Shown in pieces: positions 39,286 through 52,297 of a DNA stretch of 64,000 nucleotides. Origin of the DNA: Candidatus Poriferihabitaceae bacterium (GTDB lineage: Bacteria > Pseudomonadota > Gammaproteobacteria > Arenicellales > Poriferihabitantaceae); assembly GCA_965203265.1 (NCBI GenBank), contig CBDBBV010000002.1:1810773-1874772 (forward strand), given 5' to 3'. Every line of letters starts with the position of its first letter. Position 1 is the stretch's first letter. The position numbers and the translations under genes were made by a program. The notes under the pieces were generated by a model. That model saw only the letters and a list, made by a program, of their open reading frames with translations. It made no database searches and had not been told where the DNA came from.

Positions 39286-40243
39286 ATGAGCCAGTCGACC
39301 GAAGTCAAACTCCGCGCCCTCGAAGTATGGCGCGAACACGACATTCACGCAACTATGACGGCCTTTCAGGTCAGTCGCAGCACGCTGTATGCGTGGCGCA
39401 AGGCGTATCAGCAGGGCGGCGTGGCGGCGCTCACCAATCGCACTACCAAGCCGCTTCGCGTGCGGCGGCGCAATTATCCGCGCGCCCTGATTGAGCAAAT
39501 GCGAAAGTTGCGCCGCGAGTTTCCCAATATCGCCGGAGAAGCCCTGCGCGTGCATCTGGCTAAGTGGTGCGCGGAAAACAGGATGAAATGCCCAAGCGCT
39601 CGCACCCTCGGACGCATCATCGCCGACCAGCCGGATCGACTGCGCATCGCTCCGGCGAATATCACCCGCTACGGCCGGCTCAAAGCATTCACACGCCAGA
39701 TAAAACAACGACTTAGCCGCGCCATCCGGCGCACCACCATCCCCGGCCGTTGCGTTGCCTTCGACACCATTGTGCGGCACATAGATGGCGTGCGGCGATA
39801 CCTGATCGTTGCCATCGACCACGCCACCCGCTTGTCTGTGGCCATCTGCCCCGAAAGCGCATCGAGTAAAAACGCCGCCCGATTCGCCGAATTGGTCGAA
39901 GCGATGTTTCCGTTTCCCATTGAGAACGTCCTGACCGACAACGGCTCGGAGTTCGCCGGGGCGTTCGACCAGTTTGCGAAAGAAAGGGGCTGGACGCACG
40001 CATACACCTATCCGAGATCGCCTAAAATGAACGCCATCGTGGAACGCTTCAACCGCACCATTCAGGAGGATTTCGTGGATTACGAGGAAGACCTGCTACT
40101 CACCGACCGCGTTGCTTTCAACCAGCGCCTGTTGGATTACCTAGAAAAATACAACACCCGCCGCCCCCACGCCTCACTGCAATTCCGCTCCCCCGTGCAG
40201 TTCCTCGCGGAAAACCATCCGGAGTCCAGAATGTATTGGCATC
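39286..40243 (+). CDS. IS481-family DDE transposase (reading frame has no stop inside the element)
   Basis: ATG at 39286 is preceded by AAGGAGG (39274-39280). It has an N-terminal HTH ([15 protein letters not shown]) and rve core residues D (AFDTIV), D (LTDNGSEF) and E ([10 protein letters not shown]). The frame continues open through 41715. Confidence 0.8.
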
Positions 40244-40341
40244 GTACACGGGTTTGTGATTTGACGGAAATTCGATTATCGTATAGGCAGTTGCAAAACT
40301 TGATTCACGTTCCCGACACCTCTAGAAAATCCCGAGAAAAC

Positions 40342-41715
40342 ATGAGCAAAAAAGACATGCCCGCCGCGCCTGCGGCGAATAGCGACACCTTCACCCTGAC
40401 CGACAACGCCACCGGCCAATTCTGGTCGCTACCGGCGCGCACCGGCATCATGGGCAATCGCCTGATCGACATCACCCGGCTGTACGGCGACACCGGCATT
40501 CTCACCTACGATCCCGGCTTCACTTCCACGGCCTCGTGCAAGTCCGACATCACCTACATAGACGGCGAAAAGGGCGTGTTGTTGCATCGCGGCTATCCCA
40601 TCGATCAGCTGGCTAATCACAGCGATTTCATGGAGACCTGCTACCTGCTGCTGTACGGCGAATTGCCCACTCCGGAGCAGAAAGCCTCCTTCGACGCCGA
40701 CATCAAGAATCACTCGCTACTGCACGACCAGTTCATCTCCTTCTACAAGGGCTTCATGCGCAACGCCCACCCCATGGCCATCATGGTGGGCGTAGTGGGG
40801 GCGCTGTCGGCGTTCTACCACGACAGCATCGACATCACCGATCCCGAACAACGCCAGCTGGCGGCGCACCGACTCATCGCGAAGATGCCGACCATCGGCG
40901 CCTACGCCTTCAAGTATTCACTCGGCATGACCTTCCCCATGCCGCGCAACGAGCTGAGCTACGCGAAGAATCTGTTGCAGATGATGTTCTCCAACCCGGC
41001 CGAGGACTACGAGATCGATCCGGTGCTGTCTCGCGCCATCGACCGCATTCTCATCCTGCACGCCGACCACGAACAGAATGCCTCCACTTCCACCGTGCGT
41101 CTGGCGGGCTCATCCGGCGCCAATCCCTACGCCTGCATCGCCTCCGGCATCGCCTCGCTGTGGGGCCCGGCGCACGGCGGTGCCAACGAGGCGGTGCTGA
41201 AAATGCTGGAGGAAATCGGCACGGTCGAGCGAGTCGGCCAGTACATCGACAAGGCCAAGGACAAGAGCGACCCATTCCGTCTCATGGGATTCGGCCATCG
41301 GGTATACAAGAACTACGATCCGCGCGCCACGGTCATGCGCGAAACCTGCCACGAGGTGCTCGGCGTGCTAGGGGTCGAGGATCCGAAACTGAAGTTGGCT
41401 CTGGCTCTGGAGAAGATCGCCCTCGAAGACGAATACTTCATCGAGAAGAAACTCTATCCCAATGTGGACTTCTACTCCGGCATCATCCTCAAGGCGATGG
41501 GCTTCCCGACCTCGATGTTCACCGTCATGTTCGCCATCGGCCGCACCGTCGGCTGGGTGTCGCACTGGAAGGAAATGCTGAAGGACGACGAGCAGAAAAT
41601 CGGCCGCCCGCGGCAGTTGTATCTGGGGCAGAAACAGCGCAATTACCGGCCCATGGAACGGCGCGGACACACCGACAAGAAAACCAGTTGGTCGTGGTTG
41701 TGGGGCGGCAAATAG
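40342..41715 (+). CDS. gltA: citrate synthase (type II)
   Basis: Starts at [25 protein letters not shown]. It has [14 protein letters not shown], the catalytic region [14 protein letters not shown] and HWKEM. Confidence 0.9.
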   Translation: MSKKDMPAAPAANSDTFTLTDNATGQFWSLPARTGIMGNRLIDITRLYGDTGILTYDPGFTSTASCKSDITYIDGEKGVLLHRGYPIDQLANHSDFMETCYLLLYGELPTPEQKASFDADIKNHSLLHDQFISFYKGFMRNAHPMAIMVGVVGALSAFYHDSIDITDPEQRQLAAHRLIAKMPTIGAYAFKYSLGMTFPMPRNELSYAKNLLQMMFSNPAEDYEIDPVLSRAIDRILILHADHEQNASTSTVRLAGSSGANPYACIASGIASLWGPAHGGANEAVLKMLEEIGTVERVGQYIDKAKDKSDPFRLMGFGHRVYKNYDPRATVMRETCHEVLGVLGVEDPKLKLALALEKIALEDEYFIEKKLYPNVDFYSGIILKAMGFPTSMFTVMFAIGRTVGWVSHWKEMLKDDEQKIGRPRQLYLGQKQRNYRPMERRGHTDKKTSWSWLWGGK

Positions 41716-41777
41716 CCTCGAATCGACGCAAACCGGCCTGATCTGGGCGGCGCGAGCGCCGAGGGCGTAAAGGGAAT

Positions 41778-42146
41778 ATGCTGATCAAAATCCTGTTCAC
41801 CATGGCGGTCATCATAGTCGTGATCGTCTTCTTTCGCCGCAAACGCGGCGACGCGCCGATCTCCGGCGTTCCTGCGGCGGGCGAGGACGGCGCGGAAGAC
41901 CGTTCCATCTCCCCGCGCGCGCTGGCCTATAGCCTGCTCGGTGCCCTCGCCGGCATTTCGTTGCTGATCTTCGAACTCAACCGGCGCGCGCAAAATCGCA
42001 TCGTCGACATCCGCGTGATCTCCGACGGCACCACCACCCGCTACCAAGCGCAACGCAAATCCATCAAGGGGCGGAGATTCGTCACGCTGGACGGCGCGCA
42101 GGTGATTCTGGGGGAAAGCGATCGCATGGAGCTGCTCGATCCATGA
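41778..42146 (+). CDS. small membrane protein, hypothetical
   Basis: 122 aa with an N-terminal TM helix (ILFTMAVIIVVIVFF) and a second hydrophobic segment. Its stop overlaps the next gene's start. Confidence 0.5.
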   Translation: MLIKILFTMAVIIVVIVFFRRKRGDAPISGVPAAGEDGAEDRSISPRALAYSLLGALAGISLLIFELNRRAQNRIVDIRVISDGTTTRYQAQRKSIKGRRFVTLDGAQVILGESDRMELLDP

Positions 42147-42745
42147 CAACCCGCGCGCCTACCGCCACCCTCGCCCTGATCGGCGTCTCCACGCTGGTGT
42201 ATCTGGCCATGACCTTGCTCGATCGCGGCGCCGTGGTTCGCCCCCTGCTCATCTCCGAATATACCCACCCGACCTTGCCGGAAATACTCGACGAGCACCA
42301 AGTGTGGCGTCTGCTGACGCCGGTTTTTCTGCACTTCGGCCTATTTCACTTCGTCTTCAACATGCTGTGGACTTGGGAACTGGGGCGGCTCATCGAGGCG
42401 CGCCATGGCGCTCTCAACCTGCTCGGCCTGAGCGCGCTCATCGGCGTCGTTGCCAATCTGGGGCAATACCACGCCACCGGCCCGCTGTTCGGCGGCATGT
42501 CCGGCGTGGTGTACGGCTATTTCGGCTACCTGTGGGTAATGGGGCAGTTTCACCCCACCTTCGGCGTGCGGCTGGCTCCGCAGGTGGTGTGGCTGCTGCT
42601 CGGCTGGTTCGCGCTGGGGTGGGTCGGCGCGCTCGAATGGTTCGATATTCACATCGCCAACACCGCCCACGCCGGCGGCCTGCTGTGCGGCATCGCGCTG
42701 GCCTTCATCGTGTGCGGACTGTATCGGGGGAAACATGGCGTTTGA
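42143..42745 (+). CDS. rhomboid-family intramembrane serine protease
   Basis: 200 aa with HFVFNMLW (H/N), the GMSGVVYGYFGY catalytic Ser and NTAHAGG (His). Confidence 0.8.
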   Translation: MTTRAPTATLALIGVSTLVYLAMTLLDRGAVVRPLLISEYTHPTLPEILDEHQVWRLLTPVFLHFGLFHFVFNMLWTWELGRLIEARHGALNLLGLSALIGVVANLGQYHATGPLFGGMSGVVYGYFGYLWVMGQFHPTFGVRLAPQVVWLLLGWFALGWVGALEWFDIHIANTAHAGGLLCGIALAFIVCGLYRGKHGV

Positions 42746-45700
42746 ACCGGTGGAAAGCCGCTACCACGGGCCCCGGCTGGAACTGGAAATTCTGAAATTC
42801 TGGGAGTCCCGCAACATCTTCGCCAAGTCGCTGGCGCACAGCGAGGGGCGGCCGCGATTCAGCTTCAACGAGGGCCCGCCCACGGCCAACGGCAAGCCCG
42901 GCATCCACCACGTGCTGGCGCGCGCCTTCAAGGACATCTATCCGCGCTACAAGACCATGCGCGGCTATCACGCCCCGCGCAAAGGCGGCTGGGATACCCA
43001 CGGCTTGCCGGTGGAGCACGAGATCGAAAAGCGTCTGGGGATTTTCGACAAGAAGGAAATCGAGCGGCAAATCGGCGTCGCCGAATTCAATCGCCGCTGC
43101 CGCGAATCGGTCATGGCCTATATCGGCGAATGGGAGGAGATGACCCGGCGCATGGGCTACTGGGTCAACCTCGACGACGCCTATTACACCCTCGACAACG
43201 ACTACATCGAATCCACCTGGCACCTGCTCAAGGAAATCTGGGACAAGGGATTGATCTACAAGGGCTACAAGGTGGTTCCCTACGATCCCCGCATCGGCGC
43301 CACCCTGTCGTCCCACGAGGTGGCGCTGGGGTACAAGGAAGTGGAAGATCCGTCCATCACCGTGCGCTTCCGCCTGTGCGACGAGGAAAATACCTCCCTG
43401 CTGGTATGGACGACCACGCCGTGGACCCTGCCCGCCAATCTGCTGCTGGCGGTGGGCGCGGACATCGACTATGCCCGCGTCTCTTGCGGCGACGAGGTAC
43501 TGATTCTCGCCGCCGCCCGAGTGGAATCTGTGTTGGCGCAAACCCCCCACAAAATCATCGACACCGTTCAGGGCAGCGAGCTGGTCGGGCTGCGCTATCA
43601 ACGGCTGTTCGACTATCTGCAGGTCGAGCGCGGCGACCCGTTTCGCGTGGTCGCCGCCGACTTCGTCAGCACCGAAGACGGCACCGGAATCGTGCACACC
43701 GCGCCGGCCTACGGGGTGGACGATCTCGCCCTTGGCCTGCGCGAGGGCCTGCCGGTCATCCACGGAGTCGGGCTGGACGGCTGCTTCAAGGACGAGGTCG
43801 CGCCGCTCGCCGGCGTCTTCTTCAAGCAGGCGGATCCCATCATCAACGACATGCTGAGAGAGCGCGGGCTACTGTACCGAGATGAGAAAACCCTACACAA
43901 CTACCCATTCGGCTGGCGCACCGGCGATCCGCTCATCTACTACGCCAAGGAAGCCTGGTACATCCGCACCACCGCGATCGCCGAACAAATGGTCGAGCTC
44001 AACCGCACCATCAACTGGGTGCCGCGCAGCATCCGCGACGGGCGCTTCGGCAAGTGGCTGGAAAACAACATCGACTGGGCGTTGTCGCGCGAAAGATTCT
44101 GGGGCACGCCGTTGCCGCTGTGGCACAACCACGAGGGCGACTTCATCTGCATCGGCTCGCGCCGCCAGCTGGAGGAACTCACCGGGCAATCCCTCGAGGG
44201 GGTTGACCTGCACCGCCCGCGCATCGACGAAATCACCTTCGTCCTGAACGGCAAGACCTACACGCGGGTGCCGGAGGTGATCGATTGCTGGTTCGACTCC
44301 GGAGCGATGACATATGCCCAATGGCATTATCCCTTCGAGAACCGCGCGGAATTCGAGCAGCATTTCCCCGCCGACTACATCTGCGAAGCGATCGACCAAA
44401 CTCGCGGCTGGTTCTACACACTGCACGCCATCGCCGCGCTGGTGTCGGACAGCGTCGCCTACAAGAATTGCGTCTGCTTGAGCCACATCGTCGATCAGGA
44501 TGGGCGGAAGATGTCCAAGTCGCGCGGCAACATCGTCGATCCCTACGATGTATTCGACACCATCGGCGCCGATTCCCTGCGCTGGCTGTTCCTCGCGCGC
44601 ACCGCGCCGGAAGGACAAAAGCGCATCTCGGTGGAGATCGTGCGCGAAGTGGCGGCGTCCTTCGTCAACACCTTGTGGAACACCTACGCCTTCTTCATCC
44701 TCTACGCCCGTCTCGATCAGGTCGATCTCGCCCGCAAAGTGGACGAGGCGCAGCGCCCGGAAATCGACCGCTGGATTCTCGCGCTGGCGCACCAAACCGT
44801 GAAAACCGTCACCGAGGCGCTGGACGAATACGACGCCCGGCGCGCCGGCGAGGCCATCGAAAAACTGGTGGATCAGCTGAGCAACTGGTATGTGCGCCGC
44901 AACCGCCGACGATTCTGGAAAAACGACCACGGCGACGACAAGCAGTCGGCTTACCTGACCCTGTTCGAGTGCCTCGACCTGTGCCATCGCCTGATGGCGC
45001 CGTTCATGCCGTTTCTGAGCGAGGCGATCTACCGCAACCTGTATCGCGATGTGGCCGGCGCGGCGGAAAGCGTTCACTTGACCGAGTGGCCCGAACACGA
45101 TCCCCAACGCCTGCAACCGCATCTGGTGTTTGAAATGGATGTGGTGCAACAGGTAGTCGGGCTGGGGCGATCGGCGCGGGAGGCGAGCCGCATACGGGTG
45201 CGCCAACCGCTGGCGCGCATGTTGATCAGCGTCGCCGCCGACGACGAAGACGCGCGGGCGGCCATCCGCAAACACGAACGGCAGATCGTCGAGGAACTCA
45301 ACATCAAGTCGGTGGAATTCATCGACCGAGACGGAGGCGGAGACGGAGACGCCGGCCTGATCGACTATGTGGTCACGCCCAATTTCCCCGTGCTCGGCAA
45401 GCGCTGCGGCAAGCGAATGCCGGCCATCAAAGCCGCGCTAGCGCTGGCGGACGGCGCCCGCATCGCCGAGCGGGTGAACGCCGGGCGGAATTTCAAGTTG
45501 GAAATCGACGGCGTGGAAATGGCGTTCGCGCCCGACGAAGTGCGCGTGCAAACCACCTCCGCCGAAGGCTACGCCTGCGCCCGCGCCGAACGCCTGTTGG
45601 TGGCGCTGGACACCACCTTGAACGAGGCGCTGGTGGTGGAGGGTCTCGCCCGGGAAATCGTGAGAACCGTGCAGGACGCGCGAAAATCCGCCGGACTGGA

Positions 45701-45893
45701 AATTGCCGACCGCATCACCCTCGCCGTCTGCGGCAGCGAAAATGTACAAATCGCCCTGCGGCGACACCGCGAATACATCATGGGGGAGACTTTGGCGATC
45801 GAACTGTCGGAAGATGGCGATTCGGACGGGCATCAAGCGGAACGCGCGCTGGAGGAGGATCGCTGGCGCATTGTGTTACGCAAGACTTCTTGA
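42735..45893 (+). CDS. ileS: isoleucine--tRNA ligase, long (about 1050 aa) type-2-like form with non-canonical GIHH signature
   Basis: 1052 aa. It has GPPTANGKPGIHHVLARAFKD, the CP1 editing region and KMSKSRGN. It is not in the ribF-ileS-lspA context. Confidence 0.9.
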   Translation: MAFEPVESRYHGPRLELEILKFWESRNIFAKSLAHSEGRPRFSFNEGPPTANGKPGIHHVLARAFKDIYPRYKTMRGYHAPRKGGWDTHGLPVEHEIEKRLGIFDKKEIERQIGVAEFNRRCRESVMAYIGEWEEMTRRMGYWVNLDDAYYTLDNDYIESTWHLLKEIWDKGLIYKGYKVVPYDPRIGATLSSHEVALGYKEVEDPSITVRFRLCDEENTSLLVWTTTPWTLPANLLLAVGADIDYARVSCGDEVLILAAARVESVLAQTPHKIIDTVQGSELVGLRYQRLFDYLQVERGDPFRVVAADFVSTEDGTGIVHTAPAYGVDDLALGLREGLPVIHGVGLDGCFKDEVAPLAGVFFKQADPIINDMLRERGLLYRDEKTLHNYPFGWRTGDPLIYYAKEAWYIRTTAIAEQMVELNRTINWVPRSIRDGRFGKWLENNIDWALSRERFWGTPLPLWHNHEGDFICIGSRRQLEELTGQSLEGVDLHRPRIDEITFVLNGKTYTRVPEVIDCWFDSGAMTYAQWHYPFENRAEFEQHFPADYICEAIDQTRGWFYTLHAIAALVSDSVAYKNCVCLSHIVDQDGRKMSKSRGNIVDPYDVFDTIGADSLRWLFLARTAPEGQKRISVEIVREVAASFVNTLWNTYAFFILYARLDQVDLARKVDEAQRPEIDRWILALAHQTVKTVTEALDEYDARRAGEAIEKLVDQLSNWYVRRNRRRFWKNDHGDDKQSAYLTLFECLDLCHRLMAPFMPFLSEAIYRNLYRDVAGAAESVHLTEWPEHDPQRLQPHLVFEMDVVQQVVGLGRSAREASRIRVRQPLARMLISVAADDEDARAAIRKHERQIVEELNIKSVEFIDRDGGGDGDAGLIDYVVTPNFPVLGKRCGKRMPAIKAALALADGARIAERVNAGRNFKLEIDGVEMAFAPDEVRVQTTSAEGYACARAERLLVALDTTLNEALVVEGLAREIVRTVQDARKSAGLEIADRITLAVCGSENVQIALRRHREYIMGETLAIELSEDGDSDGHQAERALEEDRWRIVLRKTS

Positions 45894-45999
45894 TCAAACC
45901 CGACATCTCGACCAGATGGAACAAAAGCCCGTTGCGCCGGAAACCTGTTACTATTCTTTGCTCGTCAATCGCTCGAACCAACCTGTATCGGGAGGAATC

Positions 46000-46473
46000 A
46001 TGAAGAACGCATTGTTACTGTTCGCAGTTACGGTTTTCATCGGAGTTGGGCATGCGACTTACGCATCGGATGCAATACTGTCCGAAAATTTGCTGGGCAA
46101 ATGGTCGTGTTCTGCCGGTACAACAAGCGATGGCATGGAAATCAAGATGGAATTCGACCAACACTACATTGGAAATGGAACATTCGATGCACGCGGCGAT
46201 TTGACTTTCACTGCGTTGGAGGAAGGAATCGTCCTTGAATACATCGTAGCAGGTAGCGGTGAATGGGAAATTTCCGATAACTTTCTGATTGAAACGGTAA
46301 CGGATGTGGAAATAACCAGTGTGGATCCCCTTTTCGATGAACTTTTCGACCTTGAAGAAATGTTTCCGACCGGAATCAGCGATGCCTCCAAAATCATCAC
46401 GCTTTCCGAAGAGTCATTGGTGACTGTTGCCGAATCCGATGGAACCGAAATCTCTTGTTCTCGAAACCGCTAG
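46000..46473 (+). CDS. secreted hypothetical protein
   Basis: ATG at 46000 follows GGAGG (45991-45995). The signal peptide is MKNALLLFAVTVFIGVGHATYA. The gene is visibly AT-richer than its flanks. Confidence 0.6.
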   Translation: MKNALLLFAVTVFIGVGHATYASDAILSENLLGKWSCSAGTTSDGMEIKMEFDQHYIGNGTFDARGDLTFTALEEGIVLEYIVAGSGEWEISDNFLIETVTDVEITSVDPLFDELFDLEEMFPTGISDASKIITLSEESLVTVAESDGTEISCSRNR

Positions 46474-46565
46474 CAATACTCGCAGCGGCGTTCGATCCGA
46501 CTCCGACACAAACAGTTTGCCGGTTGCGGTTGACCTTGCGCCAAACTAACGATCACTAACGATCA

Positions 46566-47573
46566 ATGAACATACTGATCACCGGCGGAGCGGGCTTCAT
46601 CGGCGCCGCGCTCGCGCATCGCCTGTTGGATGACGGCCACCGAGTCCAAGCTGTCGACGACCTCAACGACTACTACGATGTCGCCCTCAAACAAGCGCGC
46701 CTGCAACGCCTGTCGGCGCGAGACAACTTTACCTTCCACAAACTGAATATCGCCGACCGCGCCGCCGTCGAGTCGGTATTCCGTAGCGGGCGGTTCGATG
46801 GGGTGGTGAATCTCGCGGCGCAGGCCGGGGTGCGCCATTCGCTGGAAAATCCGGCGGCGTACATCGACGCCAATCTGGTCGGCTTCGGCAACATCCTCGA
46901 AGGCTGCCGCCACAATGGCAGTGAAAACGGCGGCGGCGTAAAGCATCTGGTATACGCCTCGAGCAGCTCCGTGTACGGCGCGAATCGCCGGCTGCCGTTT
47001 GCCGAGCGCGATCCGGTGGATCATCCCCTGTCCCTGTACGCGGCCACCAAGAAAGCCAATGAATTGATGGCGCATACCTACGCCCACCTGTACCGACTGC
47101 CGTGCACCGGTTTGCGATTTTTCACCGTGTACGGCCCCTGGGGGCGGCCCGACATGGCGTTTTTCCGATTCACCGAGCGCATGTTGGCGGGGCGTCCCAT
47201 TCCGGTCTACAACCACGGCGATTCCATCCGCGATTTCACCTACATAGACGATGTGGTCGAGGGCGTCACGCGGGTGCTGGCACGCCCGCCGCAAACCGAC
47301 TCCGACCCCGACACCGCCAGCGCCGCCCCCTGCCGGATATACAACCTCGGCAATGGCCGGCAAATCCGCTTGATGGACGCCATTCACGCGCTGGAAAAGG
47401 TGCTAGGGGTAACGGCGCGCTGCGAAATGCTGCCCATGCAGGCGGGGGATGTGGCCGCCACCGAGGCGGATGTGGGGGAGATTTCGCGGGATTTCGGCTT
47501 TCGACCGGCCACCGATCTCGCGGTCGGCTTGGCGGCCTTCGCCCGATGGTATCGCCACTACTACGACTGCTAG
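46566..47573 (+). CDS. NAD-dependent nucleotide-sugar epimerase (UDP-glucuronate 4-epimerase-like)
   Basis: 335 aa with [16 protein letters not shown] (Rossmann fold) and YAATKKANE (YxxxK). Confidence 0.8.
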   Translation: MNILITGGAGFIGAALAHRLLDDGHRVQAVDDLNDYYDVALKQARLQRLSARDNFTFHKLNIADRAAVESVFRSGRFDGVVNLAAQAGVRHSLENPAAYIDANLVGFGNILEGCRHNGSENGGGVKHLVYASSSSVYGANRRLPFAERDPVDHPLSLYAATKKANELMAHTYAHLYRLPCTGLRFFTVYGPWGRPDMAFFRFTERMLAGRPIPVYNHGDSIRDFTYIDDVVEGVTRVLARPPQTDSDPDTASAAPCRIYNLGNGRQIRLMDAIHALEKVLGVTARCEMLPMQAGDVAATEADVGEISRDFGFRPATDLAVGLAAFARWYRHYYDC

Positions 47574-47590
47574 GACTGCGGCGCCCGCCG

Positions 47591-48897
47591 ATGACGAAGA
47601 TGAAAGAACAATTGCTGGCGAAGATAGAAAACCGCACGGCGATCATCGCCGTGTGCGGCCTCGGCTATGTGGGGCTGCCGCTGGCATTGCGCTTCGCCGA
47701 GGCCGGTTTTCAGGTCATCGGCTTCGATACCGACGGCGACAAGGTGGGCAAACTGAACGCCGGCACCAGCTACATCGAACGCATCGCCGACGAGAAAATC
47801 CGACAAGCCACGGCCGCGGCGGCCGGCTTGGTCGCCACCGACAGCTACGCGCGAACCGCCGAAGCGGACGCGCTGATCATCTGCGTGCCCACGCCGCTGG
47901 GCAAGCACCGCGAACCGGACTTGAGCCATGTCATCGGCACCATGGAAGGCATCGCCCCGCACCTGCGCGGCGGGCAGGTGATCTCGCTGGAAAGCACCAC
48001 CTATCCCGGCACCACCGAGGAGGAGCTGCTGCCGCGCATCAAGGGGCGCGGCCTCACGATAGGCGAAAACGTGTTTCTGCTGTATTCGCCGGAGCGGGAG
48101 GATCCGGGCAATCCGAATTTCAACTTGCAGACCATCCCGAAAATCTGCGGCGGGCATACCGCCGAGTGCCTCGAGGTTGGCACGAGTTTGTACGGCAGCG
48201 TCATCGATGAGGTCGTGCCGGTGGCGTCCGTGCGCGTGGCGGAGATGGCGAAATTGCTGGAGAACATCTATCGGGCGGTGAACATCGGCCTGATCAACGA
48301 ACTGCAACGGGTCACCGATCGCATGGGCATAGATCTGCACGAAGTCATCGCCGCGGCGGCCACCAAGCCCTTCGGCTATACGCCGTTTTATCCGGGCCCC
48401 GGCATGGGCGGCCACTGCCTGCCGATCGATCCGTTCTATCTGACTTGGAAGGCGAAGGAATACGGCGTCGATTCCCGCCTCATCGAGCTGGCCGGCGAGG
48501 TCAACGCGGGGATGCCGGCGTGGTATGCGGACAAGGCGGTGGCGCTGCTGAATCAGGCCGGCAAGTCCATTGTCGGCGCGGCGGTGCTCATCCTCGGCGT
48601 GTCCTACAAGAAAAATGTGGACGACATGCGCGAATCGCCGGCGCTTGCCATCATCGACCTACTCTCGAAGAAGGGCGCACGGATTGTATATGTGGACCCC
48701 CATGTTCCCCGCGTGGCCAAACTGCGGGATTACCCCTTCGACCTGCGCAGCGAGACGCTTTCCGGAGAATTGCTGGGGCGGAGCGATGTGGTCATCATCT
48801 GCACCGACCACGATAAATTCGACTACGACCTGATTGCGGAAAAAAGCGCCCTGCTGCTCGATACGCGCGGCGTGTTGCGCCGCCGCGCTCAGCCACG

Positions 48898-48901
<4 letters not shown>
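47591..48901 (+). CDS. UDP-sugar 6-dehydrogenase family protein (nucleotide sugar dehydrogenase)
   Basis: Start taken at MTKMKEQLL within track ORF 47102..48901. It has [14 protein letters not shown], the catalytic GGHCLPID region and the C-terminal UDP-binding domain. Confidence 0.8.
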
Positions 48902-51804
<2,903 letters not shown>

Positions 51805-51840
51805 GGCGGCTAGCGCGAGCCGAGCGGCGGCGCGGGAAAC

Positions 51841-52284
51841 TCAGGAAACATGGTGGGTACGCGGGACAATGCCCTGCTCGCGATAGAAGCGAAAGCGGCG
51901 GCGGCCGGCCGACTTGTCCGCCGCCTCATCGACGATCAATTCCGCCACCCGACCGAATCGGGCATAGTCCGCCGGCGCCTCCTGCCTGAGAGAGATGAGC
52001 AAATCCACACACCCATCCGGAGCGTCTTCATGCCCGATCTGCACCGGATAGCGCTCGAGGTCGGATGCCGGCTGCGCCACGTGGTGGATGGCATGAGGCA
52101 CGAAACTGCTCTGGGAAAAAGTCCACAACATGGCGTCCAGCAAACTGCTCTGCGCCGCCTCGTCGGTTTGCATGTACACCTTCAGGCCGTGTTCGTGCGC
52201 CTTGTTGGCGATGCGGCAGGCGTAGTTGTATTTATCCGACGCCTGCGCCCGCGCGAGCACATAGAAATCCACCTGCGTGGTCAT
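51841..52284 (-). CDS. holC: DNA polymerase III subunit chi
   Basis: 147 aa. MTTQVDFYVL...ACRIANKA is typical of chi. It lies in the conserved pepA-holC-valS string. Confidence 0.85.
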   Translation of the reverse strand: MTTQVDFYVLARAQASDKYNYACRIANKAHEHGLKVYMQTDEAAQSSLLDAMLWTFSQSSFVPHAIHHVAQPASDLERYPVQIGHEDAPDGCVDLLISLRQEAPADYARFGRVAELIVDEAADKSAGRRRFRFYREQGIVPRTHHVS

Positions 52285-52297
52285 GGCGCGGCGGCGA

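Larger units (their letters stand above)
39161..40243 (+). mobile_element. IS481-family insertion sequence (about 1.08 kb)
   Basis: Imperfect terminal inverted repeats are (a)tgccagaaacattctggac at 39161-39181 and gtccagaatgtattggca(t) at 40224-40243. They enclose a DDE (rve) transposase gene. I could not identify a target-site duplication, and the ends are approximate to a few nt. Confidence 0.7.

Noticed and set aside
46490-46498. gttcgatcc, a T-loop-like string suggesting a tRNA gene in the spacer after the secreted-protein gene
   Set aside because: The flanking bases cannot form a T-stem, and I could not draw an acceptor stem or anticodon arm. I could not fold a tRNA anywhere in the window.
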